Under the pieces are notes generated by a model. That model was given only the letters and a program-made list of their open reading frames with translations, was not told the DNA's origin and made no database searches. A program made the position numbers and the translations under genes. Below, piece by piece: positions 52,420 through 64,000 of a stretch of 64,000 nucleotides of DNA. Where the stretch lies: positions 110,847,510 to 110,911,509 of the forward strand of contig NC_068984.1 of NCBI RefSeq assembly GCF_001194135.2, in the 5' to 3' direction. Position 1 is the first letter of the stretch; the number at the start of each line of letters is the position of its first letter. The stretch is from Octopus bimaculoides. Taxonomy: Eukaryota.

Positions 52420-52800
52420 GGTGTTGCTGTGGGTTAAGGAGCTTGCTTCCCAACCACATGGTTCCAAGTTCAGTTCCACTGCATGGCACCTCAGTCAAGT
52501 GACTTCTACTATAATCTTGTGTTGACTAAAACCTTATGAGTGGATTTGGTAGATGGTAACTGAAAGAAGTCCATCGTATATATATATATATGTATATATA
52601 TTGTCTGCGTTTGTTTCTCCCCCATCGCTTGACAACCGATGTTGGTGTGTTTACATACCTGTAACTTAGTGGTTTAACAAAAGAGACCAATAGAATAAGT
52701 ACTATGCTTACAAAGAATAAGTCTTGAGGTCGATTTGCTCGACTAAATGTGGTGCTCCAGCATGGCCACAGTCAAATGACTGAAACAAATAAAGGAAAAA
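52420..52800 (+). mobile_element. SINE family C (tRNA head, internal (TA)n, GTGCTCCAGCATGGCC tail)
   Basis: Colinear with 54233-54620. Further pieces at 15060(-), 17540(-), 28600, 30905, 32810(-), 36465(-), 37085(-), 39585, 49855(-), 54860(-), 55030(-) and 56235(-). Confidence 0.85.
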
Positions 52801-52904
52801 AGAATGAAGGAATATATATCCATATCTATATATCTATATCTATATATCTATATATACACAAGACACACATTCACACACACACACACACACACACACATAG
52901 GTGT

Positions 52905-53200
52905 AGGCATATGGCTGAGTGGTTAGGAAATTTGGCTCATGATCGTAAGGTCATGAGTTCAATTCCTGGTGTCACATTGTGTCCTTGACCAAGACACTTA
53001 ATTTCTTATTGCTCCAGTCCATTTAGCTGGCAAATCGATTTGTACCTATAATTCGATGGGGGCTGACCTTGTCATTTTCTACATCATACTGCTGAATCTC
53101 ACTGACAACTATGTTATGTGTATGCATGGTAATTTCAGAAGCAGACTCTTTGGTTGATCAAGACAACTGGAACATTTGGGAACATAACCGACAAAGAGCC
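52905..53200 (+). mobile_element. tRNA-headed SINE family F
   Basis: TGGCTGAGTGGTTAGG (A box)...GAGTTCAATTCC (B box). The 3' part resembles a decayed family-B tail. Confidence 0.7.
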
Positions 53201-53826
53201 AGCTCATATATGTCTAAATACTTACATATATATATATACACACAATCATTTAGTGAACCTCAAAAATATATATATAATGTATCTGTCAATCAATTGTCAT
53301 CATCTCCATATGTCTATCTGTCATCTATCTATCTGTCATCTATCTATCTAACTATCCATCTATATTTATATCTATATTGTGTAGGTAGGTAGGGTAAATC
53401 CTAGCTGTTTCCTCTTGACGCACACCTGCTTATTACTTTGCTACAATCCAACATGTAATCTCAGTTGCTACATACTGGATTGTAATAATAGTCTCAGTTG
53501 CCAGCCATACTGCTCTTGATCACTAACTAAATATAAACACTTCATTCAATTGTAATATTTGTGTAACTTAATTTCTTTCTCTGAAGAATTGCTATTAAGA
53601 ATTTCCTTATTTGTCTATTTAACATGTAAAACTTCGTAATTCCTATTAGCAAATGAAACCATGAACTATGTGTAATGGTGAATAAATACTACAAAAAAAA
53701 TTACCAATTTCCTGCTCTGTTATGTATACACACACACACACACAACTTAGATATGTTTTGATCACAGATTGGTCCAGGCCATGTCTAACTTAATGGCACC
53801 ACCTGATAGGATTTGATAAATCCTTT

Positions 53827-53955
53827 TTATGTCAAGTTTTGTGGTATCATGGTCCATTTGAGTTGGGGATTCTTGTTGAGTGAGTTGTATCCGGGTATAG
53901 GTGGCATATCTGGTATCCCTTCAAGAAATTTGTCCAGATTCCATTTAAAGGTGAT
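53827..53955 (-). mobile_element. CR1/L2-like LINE ORF2 extreme C-terminus
   Basis: TFKWNLDKFLEGIPDMPPIPGYNSL resembles the FKxxLDKFLxxIPDxP..GY..NSL tail. Confidence 0.5.
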
Positions 53956-54232
53956 AGGATAAGGTGTCACATAAAAAGCATTGGTGTGGGTGCTGGTGCC
54001 ATGTAAAATGCACTGGTGATGGTGACACATAGAAAGCACCCGGTGTGCTCTGTAAAGTGGTTGGCATTAGAAAGGGCATCCAGCTGTAGAAACCAAGCCA
54101 AAACAAACTATGGAATCTGGTGCAGCCCCTGGCCTTGCAACTTCCTATCAAGTCATCCAACCCATAGTGGCATGGTAAACAGACATTAAATGTTGATGAT
54201 GATGATAATGGATGGATGTGTGTATATGCGTG

Positions 54233-54620
54233 TGTGTGGCTGTGTGGTAAGTAGCTTGCTTACCAACCACATGGTTCTGGGTTCAGTCCCACAGTGTGCC
54301 ACCTTGTCTTCTACTATAGCCTCGGGCCGACCAAAGCCTTGTGAGTGGATTTGATAGACTGAAACTGAAAGAAGCCCGTCGTATATATATATGTATATGT
54401 ATGTTTGTGTATATGTTTGTGTCTGTGTTTGTCCCCCCAACATCGCTTGACAACTGATGCTGGTGCGTTTACGTCCCCGTAACTTAGCGGTTCGGCAAAA
54501 GACACCGATAGAATAAGTACTAGGCTTCCAAGGAATAAGTCCTGGGGTCAATTTGGTTGACTAAAAGCGGTGCTCCAGCATGGCTGCAGTCAAATGACTG
54601 AAACAAGTAAAAGAGTAAAA
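54233..54620 (+). mobile_element. SINE family C, best-preserved copy
   Basis: TGGCTGTGTGGTAAG (A box), GGGTTCAGTCCC (B box), CpGs retained, tail GAAACAAGTAAAAGAGTAAAAGA. Confidence 0.9.
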
Positions 54621-55331
54621 GAATATATATATATATATATATATATGGATGGAGGGATGGATGTATATATACATACTTATATATATATGTTTGTATATGT
54701 AAATGTATATGTATGCCTGTATGTATATATATGTGTGTATGTATGCGTGCATGTGTGTATATGTATGTATGTATGCAAATCTTGCTGTCTTGGTGTGTGT
54801 GTACCAAGCTATAAGGCAAATGAACTGCCATCATTAAGTGATGTTGGTGTTATTGCAGTTGGATGCCATCTGTCTACCAAATCTACTCACAATGTTTTGG
54901 TCAGCCCAAGGCTATAGCAGAAGACACTTGCCTAAGGTACCACACTGTAGGACAGTACCTGAAACCATGTGGTTGGGAAGCAAATTTCTTACCACACAGC
55001 CGTGAATTTAAAAAAAAATAGAATGTGTTCTTTTATTTGTTTCAGTCATTTGACTGCAGCCATGCTGGAGCACCACCTTGAATGGTTTTAGTCGAACAAA
55101 TCAATCCCAAGACTTATTTTTTAAGCTTTGTATTTATTTTATTGGACCATTTTGCTGAACTGCTAGGTTACAGGGACATAAACACAATGATTGTCAAGCA
55201 GTGGTAGGGGACATACAGACACATAGAGACACACACTCACACACAAACATATTATATATATATATATGTATATATAGATGTATAAGTCAGTAAATGGTGG
55301 GGTTGTGTTAACCGCACGTGGAGAAATAATT

Positions 55332-56016
55332 GGAAAATAAAAAATAATAATAATAAGGAAGAATGCTAAACTGAAAGCATATTTTAGTATAGATGTGTAT
55401 AAGTAGGATTAAAAAGGATTTCTAACCGGCTTTCATTGCATGGCAAATTTTTAAGAAGAGGGAAAATGAAAATAATGTTTTTACAAAAATATAAAAAATA
55501 TATGAAAAAATAAATATACCAAAACATTATATTGTCTTTGAGTTTTTAAAGTTCAATGGTAATCCATGTAGATAATTGTTTGATAGATTAGCACGCATGG
55601 AATTAAGAATGGAGTTGTGTTTACAAAAGGCTGAGAGTTTGTGTTAAACAGGAAGTGTGGTGTCAAAACAGGAAGTCTGTGTAAGGGAAGACAATTCTGT
55701 GGGTTTTATACTCTTTAGTTGGAGTTCTGGACTCTTTGTCAACAGGAAGTTAATTGCATGCATCCTAATCTATCAAACAATTATCTACATGGATTACCAT
55801 TGAACTTTAAAAATTCAAAGACAATATAAGGTATTGGTATATTTATTTTTTTATATATTTTTGTAAAAAACATTATTTTCATTTACCCACTTCTTGAAAA
55901 TTTGCCATGCAATGAAAGCCGGGTAGAAACCCTTTTTAATCCTCCTTATACACATCTATATTAAAATATGTTTTCAGTTTAGCATTCTGCCTTATCATTA
56001 TTATTTTTTATTTTCC
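55332..56016. mobile_element. Large foldback MITE: ~270-bp inverted arms around a 143-bp loop
   Basis: 55332-55606 is the reverse complement of 55750-56016, with termini GGAAAATAAAAAATAAT / ATTATTTTTTATTTTCC. Confidence 0.9.
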
Positions 56017-56429
56017 TATAGATGTATATATGTATATATATNNNNNNNNNNNNNNNNNNNNNNNNNNNNNNNNNNNNNNNNNNNNNNNNNNNNNNNNNNN
56101 NNNNNNNNNNNNNNNNNNNNNNNNNNNNNNNNNNNNNNNNNNNNNNNNNNNNNNNNNNNNNNNNNNNNNNNNNNNNNNNNNNNNNNNNNNNNNNNNNNNN
56201 NNNTATATATATATATATATATGTATGTATACATATGATAGGCTTCTTTCAATTTCTGTCTACCAAATCCACTCACAAGGTTTTGGTCAGCCCAAGGCTA
56301 TAGCAGAAGTCACTTGCCTAAGACACCACGCAGTGGGAACAGAACCTGGAACCATGTGGTTGGGAAACACATTTCTTACCACACAGCCACAATTCTTTTA
56401 AAATGTAGACGGTATGTGTGTGTTCTTAC

Positions 56430-56540
56430 AATAAAAGACATGTGGTCAATATATGTGTTATCTGCATCTGTAAACCAATGGAGGTCTGCCTCCTGCCTTG
56501 CTGCTCTTCCAGAATTCTTTACTGGCCACCAGGTGGTTTT
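56430..56540 (-). CDS. Candidate 111-nt exon (KTTWWPVKNSGRAARQEADLHWFTDADNTYIDHMSFI)
   Basis: ataccaag| acceptor (weak), |gtaaga donor, phase 0-0 open. Confidence 0.25.
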
Positions 56541-57759
56541 CTTGGTATTTAATAGCAAACAAGTCAGCAGATGGTGAACATTGTTCTTTTTTTTGCTTTG
56601 TTTTGTTTTTTGTTTTCCCTTCCTTTAGCTTTGTTCTCCCTTTTTTTCCTTGAAAAGACAAATAAATGATAACGTTAAAATCATGAATAATAAAATAGAT
56701 ATTGATAAATAAATATAGCATGAAAATAGCGTAACATAAAACACTTATGCATGTATTTATACACTCACGAATACATAGTCAAATTCTAACAGAGATACAT
56801 GTATATAAAGTTAAGGAAGAGAAGGTTTGTCTATGCTTTTTCTATTTTCCTTGTGGAATTGTGAAAATAAAATAAAATAAAATGAAAATTCTTAAATGTT
56901 AGATGGCAGAACTCGTCAAAAAGGTAAACGCAACAAAACAATTCACTACCCGACTCCCACAAATTTTTTTGTGGGAGAGGGGTTCACAAAAGCCCAAAAA
57001 AGGAAAACAGAAAATAGTACCACTAATAATAATACTAATAATAGTAGTAGTAGTAGTAATAAAATTTAAAATAATAATAATAGTAATAACATGTTTCATT
57101 ACTTCCCTATAAAAAAGACAATTACTTCCATATGTCAATGGTGATGATGACATAGATGATGTTGATGATGATCATGGCCTGAATGGTATTCAGGACACTG
57201 GGGTAGAATGAATAAGATGTTTAACATTTTTTTGAAAAAAATTGTTTATTTATTTTTGCCCCATCCCCATATAAACTCCAGATAAAATAATGTCTATATC
57301 ATATTTTTAAAAATATATTTAGCATTTTTTTTCTTTTAGTTAGAGGAGGGGACAAAACTGTTACAATTGGAATTGGAAATGCAATCTCTCTCTCACAACA
57401 ACAAGAACAAAAACAAGAATAGTAAAATATCTCAGATTTGGCAAACATTGAAAAACCTGAAAAATGACATCTGACTTCCATATTGTAGAAAATCCTCTTG
57501 AATACATAGAGGCAAACAACACATGCGCACATGAACATACGTCGTATATGTGTATATATATATCTATATATGTATGTATATGTATGTACATATATATATA
57601 TATATATGTATGTATATGTATGTACATATATATATATGTATGTACATATATATATATGTATGTATATGTATGTACATATATATATATATGTATGTATATG
57701 TATGTACGTATATATATATATATATATATGTATGAACGTATATATATATATATATAGAA

Positions 57760-57802
<43 letters not shown>

Positions 57803-58129
57803 TCTGCGTATGTGTGTGTGTGTGAATTTATGTATATAAATATCTATGCGTGTATAATATATATTTGTGTGACTTTGATATTCTGATATATGTATTTATG
57901 TTATGTATATATATATATGTCTATGTATATATATATTTATATATACGCATACATTTATGCAATCGTGTGTGCGTGGGCATGTGTGTGCAAGTGCATATGT
58001 GCGTGCGCGTGTGTATATTATCATTGTTGTTATTGTTGTTTGTTATTCTCCCAGTTATTTTCTAGCAAAGATTATTTGACATTTTAATGCTCTTAATCAC
58101 ACAACTGCAACACCAGACATATATATTAC

Positions 58130-58213
58130 TGTGAAAAATCTGAAATGGTCGGTGGTTTCTTTTTGCCTGAGTAACCCTCTCCCTTGCCTGGATGCCTGGA
58201 TATTCATAATAAC
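58130..58213 (-). CDS. Candidate 84-nt exon (GYYEYPGIQARERVTQAKRNHRPFQIFH, or an alternative open frame)
   Basis: ctaattcag| acceptor, |gtaata donor; two frames are open. Confidence 0.22.
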
Positions 58214-58789
58214 CTGAATTAGACTCATGCATAACAGTTTCACTAGTGCATGACATTGCATAACAAGATATGTATATATCTATCTATTTATCTACGTACC
58301 TACCCATGTATATATATATATATATATATAAATGTGAGTGTATGTGTGTATACATAAATGTATATATATATATATACATACATATTTATATACATATACG
58401 CACACACCACACACATATATATGTATGTATACATACATGAATGCATATATATATATACAGATAGATAGATAGATAAGCAGTGTGTATATTTGTGTCTGTT
58501 TTTATATATAAGTGTTTATATCTTTTTACATGCATTCATCTGAGCATATATATATNNNNNNNNNNTATATATCGATATATATATGTATATATATATATAT
58601 ATGTATGTACATATATATATGTATGTACATATATATATGTATGTACATATTTATATGTATATGTATGTACATATATATATATGTATATGTATGTATATAT
58701 ATATATATGTATATAAATATATATGCATGTATGTATGCATATAGATAGATCAGTAAACTGCCAGACAGTACAACAGTACAGACAGAGAG

Positions 58790-58867
<78 letters not shown>

Positions 58868-59254
58868 ATACGTATATATATTATGAAATTGATAGATTGC
58901 TAGAGCGGCAGATAGATAGATAGATATGCAGGTTTCTTTCAGGTGCATATAATTACATATCCCTCCATTTTCTGCTCCAGGAAATAAATCTGTTAGGCTT
59001 TTAGCCATTCTTAGTCTAGGAGTTGGTCAAGAAATGCTCTTTGTTATGTGCAAGCACAGTAAATCCCCTTCCAGTTTCTGATGAGCTTAACCATATCTTG
59101 AAGAAGTATTCCAGCCATAATCAATCATTCTGTCTATATGCTAAACACACACAGATATGTATATATGCATATATATGTATGTGCGTGTGCATATATATAT
59201 ATATATGTATGCATGGAAGATGGACGTTAAAGAATGATGATGATGATGATATGC

Positions 59255-59313
<59 letters not shown>

Positions 59314-59939
59314 TATACATATACACACACACATATATATATATATGCATATATACATACACCCATATATAGATATGCATATACATGCATACATTTATAT
59401 ATATATATATATATCAATATACATATATGCTTACTATATATGTGTTTGTATGTATGTATGTATGTATGTATGTATGTAGTAATAGCGCAAATTAAAAATT
59501 AGAAGTTCCTGAATTGTGAACAGGATTATTCTAATGCCTTTGTTAAGTAGGTGGGGAAGTGGTTTTGCCTCTCATTACTTTTTCCCTTTTGCTTTGTATG
59601 TCTTGATACATTCTCTCTCTTTGCCCCGCATTTTCTCTTCCTATTTCCTTTGAGTATCTGTGTTTTCTTTATGTGTGTGTATGTGAGTGCATGTATCTGT
59701 GTATGTCTGTCCCTTTTATCGGTAGTTTTATATATTTTTGTTTCTGTATCAGCATCATGGAGGTCATTATGACAAATTTAAATATTTGAAACTCTGAGCA
59801 TTTGCTATTATTATAAGTAAACGGCTTGCCTGTAGATAGTATTCTATTGTATACCTGTTCTCAGTTTATTATTTTTCCATGTAAAGTTTACTCTGCAAAA
59901 AGCAAACAAAATGAAAAGAGTAGAAAAAATTAAAATATT

Positions 59940-60155
59940 CTTTACTACTCTAGGCACAAGGCCCAAAATGTTGGGGGAGGGGGCCTGTCTATTAGATCGA
60001 CACCAGTACGCAACTGGTACTTAATTTATCGACCTTGAAATCATGAAAGGCAAAGTCAACCTTGGTGGAATTTGAACTCAGAATGTAAAGACAGACGAAA
60101 TATTGTTAAGCATTTCACCCAGCATGCTAACGATTTTGCCAGCTCACCACCTTAA
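59940..60155 (-). mobile_element. SINE family A
   Basis: Reverse complement of the 41340/50105 sequence. Confidence 0.85.
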
Positions 60156-60422
60156 AGAAAAATCTAAGATATTGAAATAGTGAAAAGTGGAATGCTTCTT
60201 ACAACGCAAGAAGGAAAACGTTTAATAATTTTTCTATATTTCAAGCAGAAAGGTCCATCATCAGAAATAAATGTCAGTCAATATAGAACCAGTCACTGTT
60301 GTGTTGTTTAACTTCTTTATCTCAATGATTGAAGCAAGCTACAATGCTCTTCTAAAGAAAGAAAGCAAACAAAAAAAGAAACACTCGATCTGTTCAGTGT
60401 TGCCATCTGTTAGGTTCATCTC

Positions 60423-60712
60423 TTACTGACCTATTGTCTCATTGGCAACTCTGGCAACTTGTCTTTGTTTTGCATCCTTTAAACGTTTTCTCTTTCCTTT
60501 TTTGACTCTTGGCTCTTGTGGATTGCATTTTGTTGATGTAATTGTTCTAATCATTTTTCCCTTGTTTCTTGTGACTCATTGGCCCTGCGTGCAACAACTC
60601 TCCTTTGGTCATTTTCATGGCATTGCTGTCGTTGTGCAGAGATCTCAAGTGACCTTACTCTGGCTACCTGTACCCGTTTTTGCTTCTCTGTAGAATACTG
60701 ATCATCTACATC
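60423..60712 (-). pseudogene. STPR-type 23-aa repeat coding remnant (Helitron RepHel N-terminus-like)
   Basis: LEISAQRQQCHENDQRRVVARRA / NESQETREK*LEQLHQQNAIHKS / QESKKEREKRLKDAKQRQVARVA / NETIGQ*. Exact 23-aa period; TGA at 60551-60553 and a 1-nt frameshift near 60487. Confidence 0.7.
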
Positions 60713-60869
60713 TGCCCAATCTCATCATGTAGAGAGTAAGAACATTTTTCTCGGAAATATTTTTGAAAATCAAAATGGGTATTTAATAAAAGGGTATTAA
60801 ATGAAAAGGAGTGAAAGTTACATGAATATCTTCACAAGAGTGATTGAAATAAAAGGCGATTGTGGAACA

Positions 60870-60919
<50 letters not shown>

Positions 60920-61540
60920 AGTATCAGACATCAAGGTTTATTTCTCTCCTGCTTTTGCCCTCTCTTTGGGCTGGCTTTCTTTCACCTTCACCTATAGAAC
61001 ATACATACAGTATCAAACATCAGCATCTCTCTCTCCCCCGCTATCCCTCTCTCTTTCAACATCTAAAGAAACTTGTTTTCTCTCTCCCTTTCTTTCTCTC
61101 TGTCTTTTTCTCATTCTATGTTTCTCTCGCTCACACATATTCTCTCTCATTCCTCTAATAGTTCCACTCTTTTAGTTTGTGTCTATTTCTTTCATTCTCT
61201 TTTTCTTTCTATTTCTAATTCACTCACACTCTTAAGCCATATACATTTCTCTCTCTATTGAAAAACGTTGTGACGAATGAGGAGATGGAGGAGAAAAAGT
61301 AAAGAGCCACTCTCTTACTTTATTCTGTTTCTATCTCTAACCATTTCACTCTGTCATTGACATTATGCACAGACATACAAATACACAGACATTTGCTACT
61401 CTATCTATCTGTCTGTCTGTCCATCCATCCATCCATTCATNNNNNNNNNNNNNNNNNNNNNNNNNNNNNNNNNNNNNNNNNNNNNNNNNNNNNNNNNNNN
61501 NNNNNNNNNNNNNNNNNNNNNNNNNNNNNNNNNNNNNNNN

Positions 61541-61581
<41 letters not shown>

Positions 61582-62030
61582 ATATTATCAACACAAGGCA
61601 TTACATATTCATAGATATATAGACAGATATGTAGATAGAGATCCATGTCTGTGTGGGAGGTATGTGTTTGTGCTTGTGTGTGTGTGCATGTATGAATGTG
61701 AGTATATGCATAAGCTTATACCATTTAAAATCAGTGATGTTTTTGGTATACCTGTATTCAGCATTTTCACAAATACATACTGATAAAAATATATACAAAA
61801 CGAAAAAAATAATCACTATGGTCGATATATAAAACCTTAGAGGTGGTGCCCCAGGATGACGACAATCCAATAACCAGTAAAGTAAAGTGAATGATAGAAT
61901 TTATGTACCATGCTGAATTCAAAATAATTATTTATCGGTGTTATGAATTATAAAAATAATATAAATGTAGTATCTCAAATACTCTATATCCTCATAGCTT
62001 GGAGCATGACACAAAAGGAATATATATATT

Positions 62031-62093
<63 letters not shown>

Positions 62094-62663
62094 TTATATA
62101 TATATATACGNNNNNNNNNNNNNNNNNNNNNNNNNNNNNNNNNNNNNNNNNNNNNNNNNNNNNNNNNNNNNNNNNNNNNNNNNNNNNNNNNNNNNNNNNN
62201 NNNNNNNNNNNNNNNNNNNNNNNNNNNNNNNNNNNNNNNNNNNNNNNNNNNNNNNNNNNNNNNNNNNNNNNNNNNNNNNNNNNNNNNNNNNNNNNNNNNN
62301 NNNNNNNNNNNNNNNNNNNNNNNNNNNNNNNNNNNNNNNNNNNNNNNNNNNNNNNNNNNNNNNNNNNNNNNNNNNNNNNNNNNNNNNNNNNNNNNNNNNN
62401 NNNNNNNNNNNNNNNNNNNNNNNNNNNNNNNNNNNNNNNNNNNNNNNNNNNNNNNNNNNNNNNNNNNNNNNNNNNNNNNNNNNNNNNNNNNNNNNNNNNN
62501 NNNNNNNNNNNNNNNNNNNNNNNNNNNNNNNNNNNNNNNNNNNNNNNNNNNNNNNNNNNNNNNNNNNNNNNNNNNNNNNNNNNNNNNNNNNNNNNNNNNN
62601 NNNNNNNNNGCCTCCTGATAATTAATCGATATTAATTAATATATGATTAATTAACAGATTTTA

Positions 62664-62700
<37 letters not shown>

Positions 62701-62886
62701 TATATAAATATATGCATATATCCATACATATCTGTACATACCTACATCTATATGAATACATACATGCATATATCGGTACAGGACATAAAAAGAAAACGTT
62801 AAACGCAATGAGAAATGAAGACATAAAAACGAAATCATGGAAAACGAAAATTTTTCGAACAATGAAAAAAAAACAAACAGAAAAAC

Positions 62887-62929
62887 GAGACATGCAACAT
62901 AAAGAGTATACCTCTTCGTCAGTTGTCCC
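62887..62929 (-). ncRNA. Hammerhead-like motif with intact CUGACGA and stems I/II but no GAAA
   Basis: GGGACA-A-CTGACGA-AGAG gtata CTCT-TTA-TGTTGCA-TGTCTC. Confidence 0.35.
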
Positions 62930-63354
62930 TGTTTCATCTACTCCGCATTTCGAATGGATGGACAATACGCGACTTCGTTGGAACAGTCCTTCCCGCAAAG
63001 CAAATTAAATAGAATTTGGAATTTTTTGCAGAGGGTGAAAGTGTTAACAAGAACAGGACAGTGAGAACAAGACAGTAAAAACAAACGGTGAGGGCCGTTG
63101 AGCCAAGACAATAGAAAAATTATTATGAACGCTAGGTACATGAGCCATGAGAGAAGAGACAGAAAAAAGCAGGTCTTTCTTTAGGAAGGCAGTGGACAGA
63201 AAGAGAGATGCTCTTTCATCACATGTCAGCGACAAGAGAGTCAAAGAGGAAGAGTGAGAAAGGGAGAGAAGAAGAGGGAAAGGGTGGGAGAGAAAAACAG
63301 AAAAGATGAAGAACAAGAGAGGGAGAGAAATAGAAAGAGAAGAGATAATAGAAG

Positions 63355-63846
63355 AGTGCAGCTGATGCACTTTCACCTTGCTCTTTAATGAGGTGAAAAA
63401 TTCTTCGCTCCTTAAATCTCATGAACCATCCTTGACTTGCCTTGAACTCTACATCTTTCTCATCTGAATATTTTTTCTTCAGGTCCTCAAAGAAACGCTT
63501 TCTCTTGAAGGATTTCTTGACTAATAGTAGTACGCTGATGATTCAACCTAACAATCTAAAGAGAAAGAAGACTTTCCATTTCTTCAAAGATTTTGCCTCT
63601 TTTCTTGTTGATGACAGTATTCTTCATCCCTGGGGCTTCAGACTTGATATGTACTNNNNNNNNNNTTGATGACAGTATTCTTCATCCCTGGGGCTTCAGA
63701 CTTGATATGTACTAAAATCTTGTCCTTATTATGTACAATCGTCGATACAGTTGTCTGACTCATCCCAAAAGATTGTGCAACTGCTACTACTTTTTCACCC
63801 TTCCATGATACTTAGCACTTTCATTATGAATTTTCTTAGGAGCCAT
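63355..63846 (-). mobile_element. Tigger/pogo transposase N-terminus (CENP-B-type HTH domains), pseudogenised
   Basis: MAPKK..VAQSFGMSQTTVSTIVHNKDKILVHIKSEAP...EEMESLLSL*I...ISQEILQEKA / FEDLKKK...EFKASQGWFMRFKERRIFHLIKEQGESASA. Confidence 0.88.
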
Positions 63847-64000
63847 GGGGGCAAAAAATAAAGTTACAAATGAATGAGAATGAGAAAGTAGCTGATAAAC
63901 AAATGTAAACAAATCTGAATTCAAAACAATCGAGGGAATTACAAGTGACAATGATGCTTTATGGTAGATATCAGAACTTCACTGCAACATGAGCTACAGA

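Noticed and set aside
58981-59058. Possible plus-strand 78-nt exon ([25 protein letters not shown])
   Set aside because: Splice sites are plausible, but it conflicts in strand with neighbouring candidates and has no homology support.
63608-63713. Exact 48-bp direct repeat flanking a 10-N gap
   Set aside because: Identical copies on both sides of a nominal gap indicate an unmerged contig overlap (assembly artefact).

Overview
AT-rich, gap-riddled eukaryotic DNA dominated by (TA)n/(CA)n/(AAT)n microsatellites and decayed transposable elements. The repeat make-up (several tRNA-headed SINE families, DD37D and DD34D mariners, RTE LINE) suggests a coleoid cephalopod, probably Octopus; this is inference, not a database result. 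No complete host gene is visible, and nearly all ORFs in the supplied track are microsatellite or N-gap artefacts. Hand translation found remnants the ORF track misses: three Penelope-like (PLE) RT/GIY-YIG fragments (25.5-26.3, 33.6-33.8, 34.7-35.4 kb), Gypsy RT, RTE RT, an RLE-type endonuclease, a CR1-like C-terminus, a Tigger/pogo N-terminus, a 23-aa STPR repeat typical of Helitron RepHel, a near full-length mariner, a hAT MITE with TSD, and several foldback MITEs. The most interesting signal is a set of minimal hammerhead-ribozyme-like motifs. One sits at the 3' end of a tRNA-headed SINE (17.15-17.4 kb), suggesting a Pol III SINE that uses a PLE-type tail. A few short candidate host exons are listed with low confidence.
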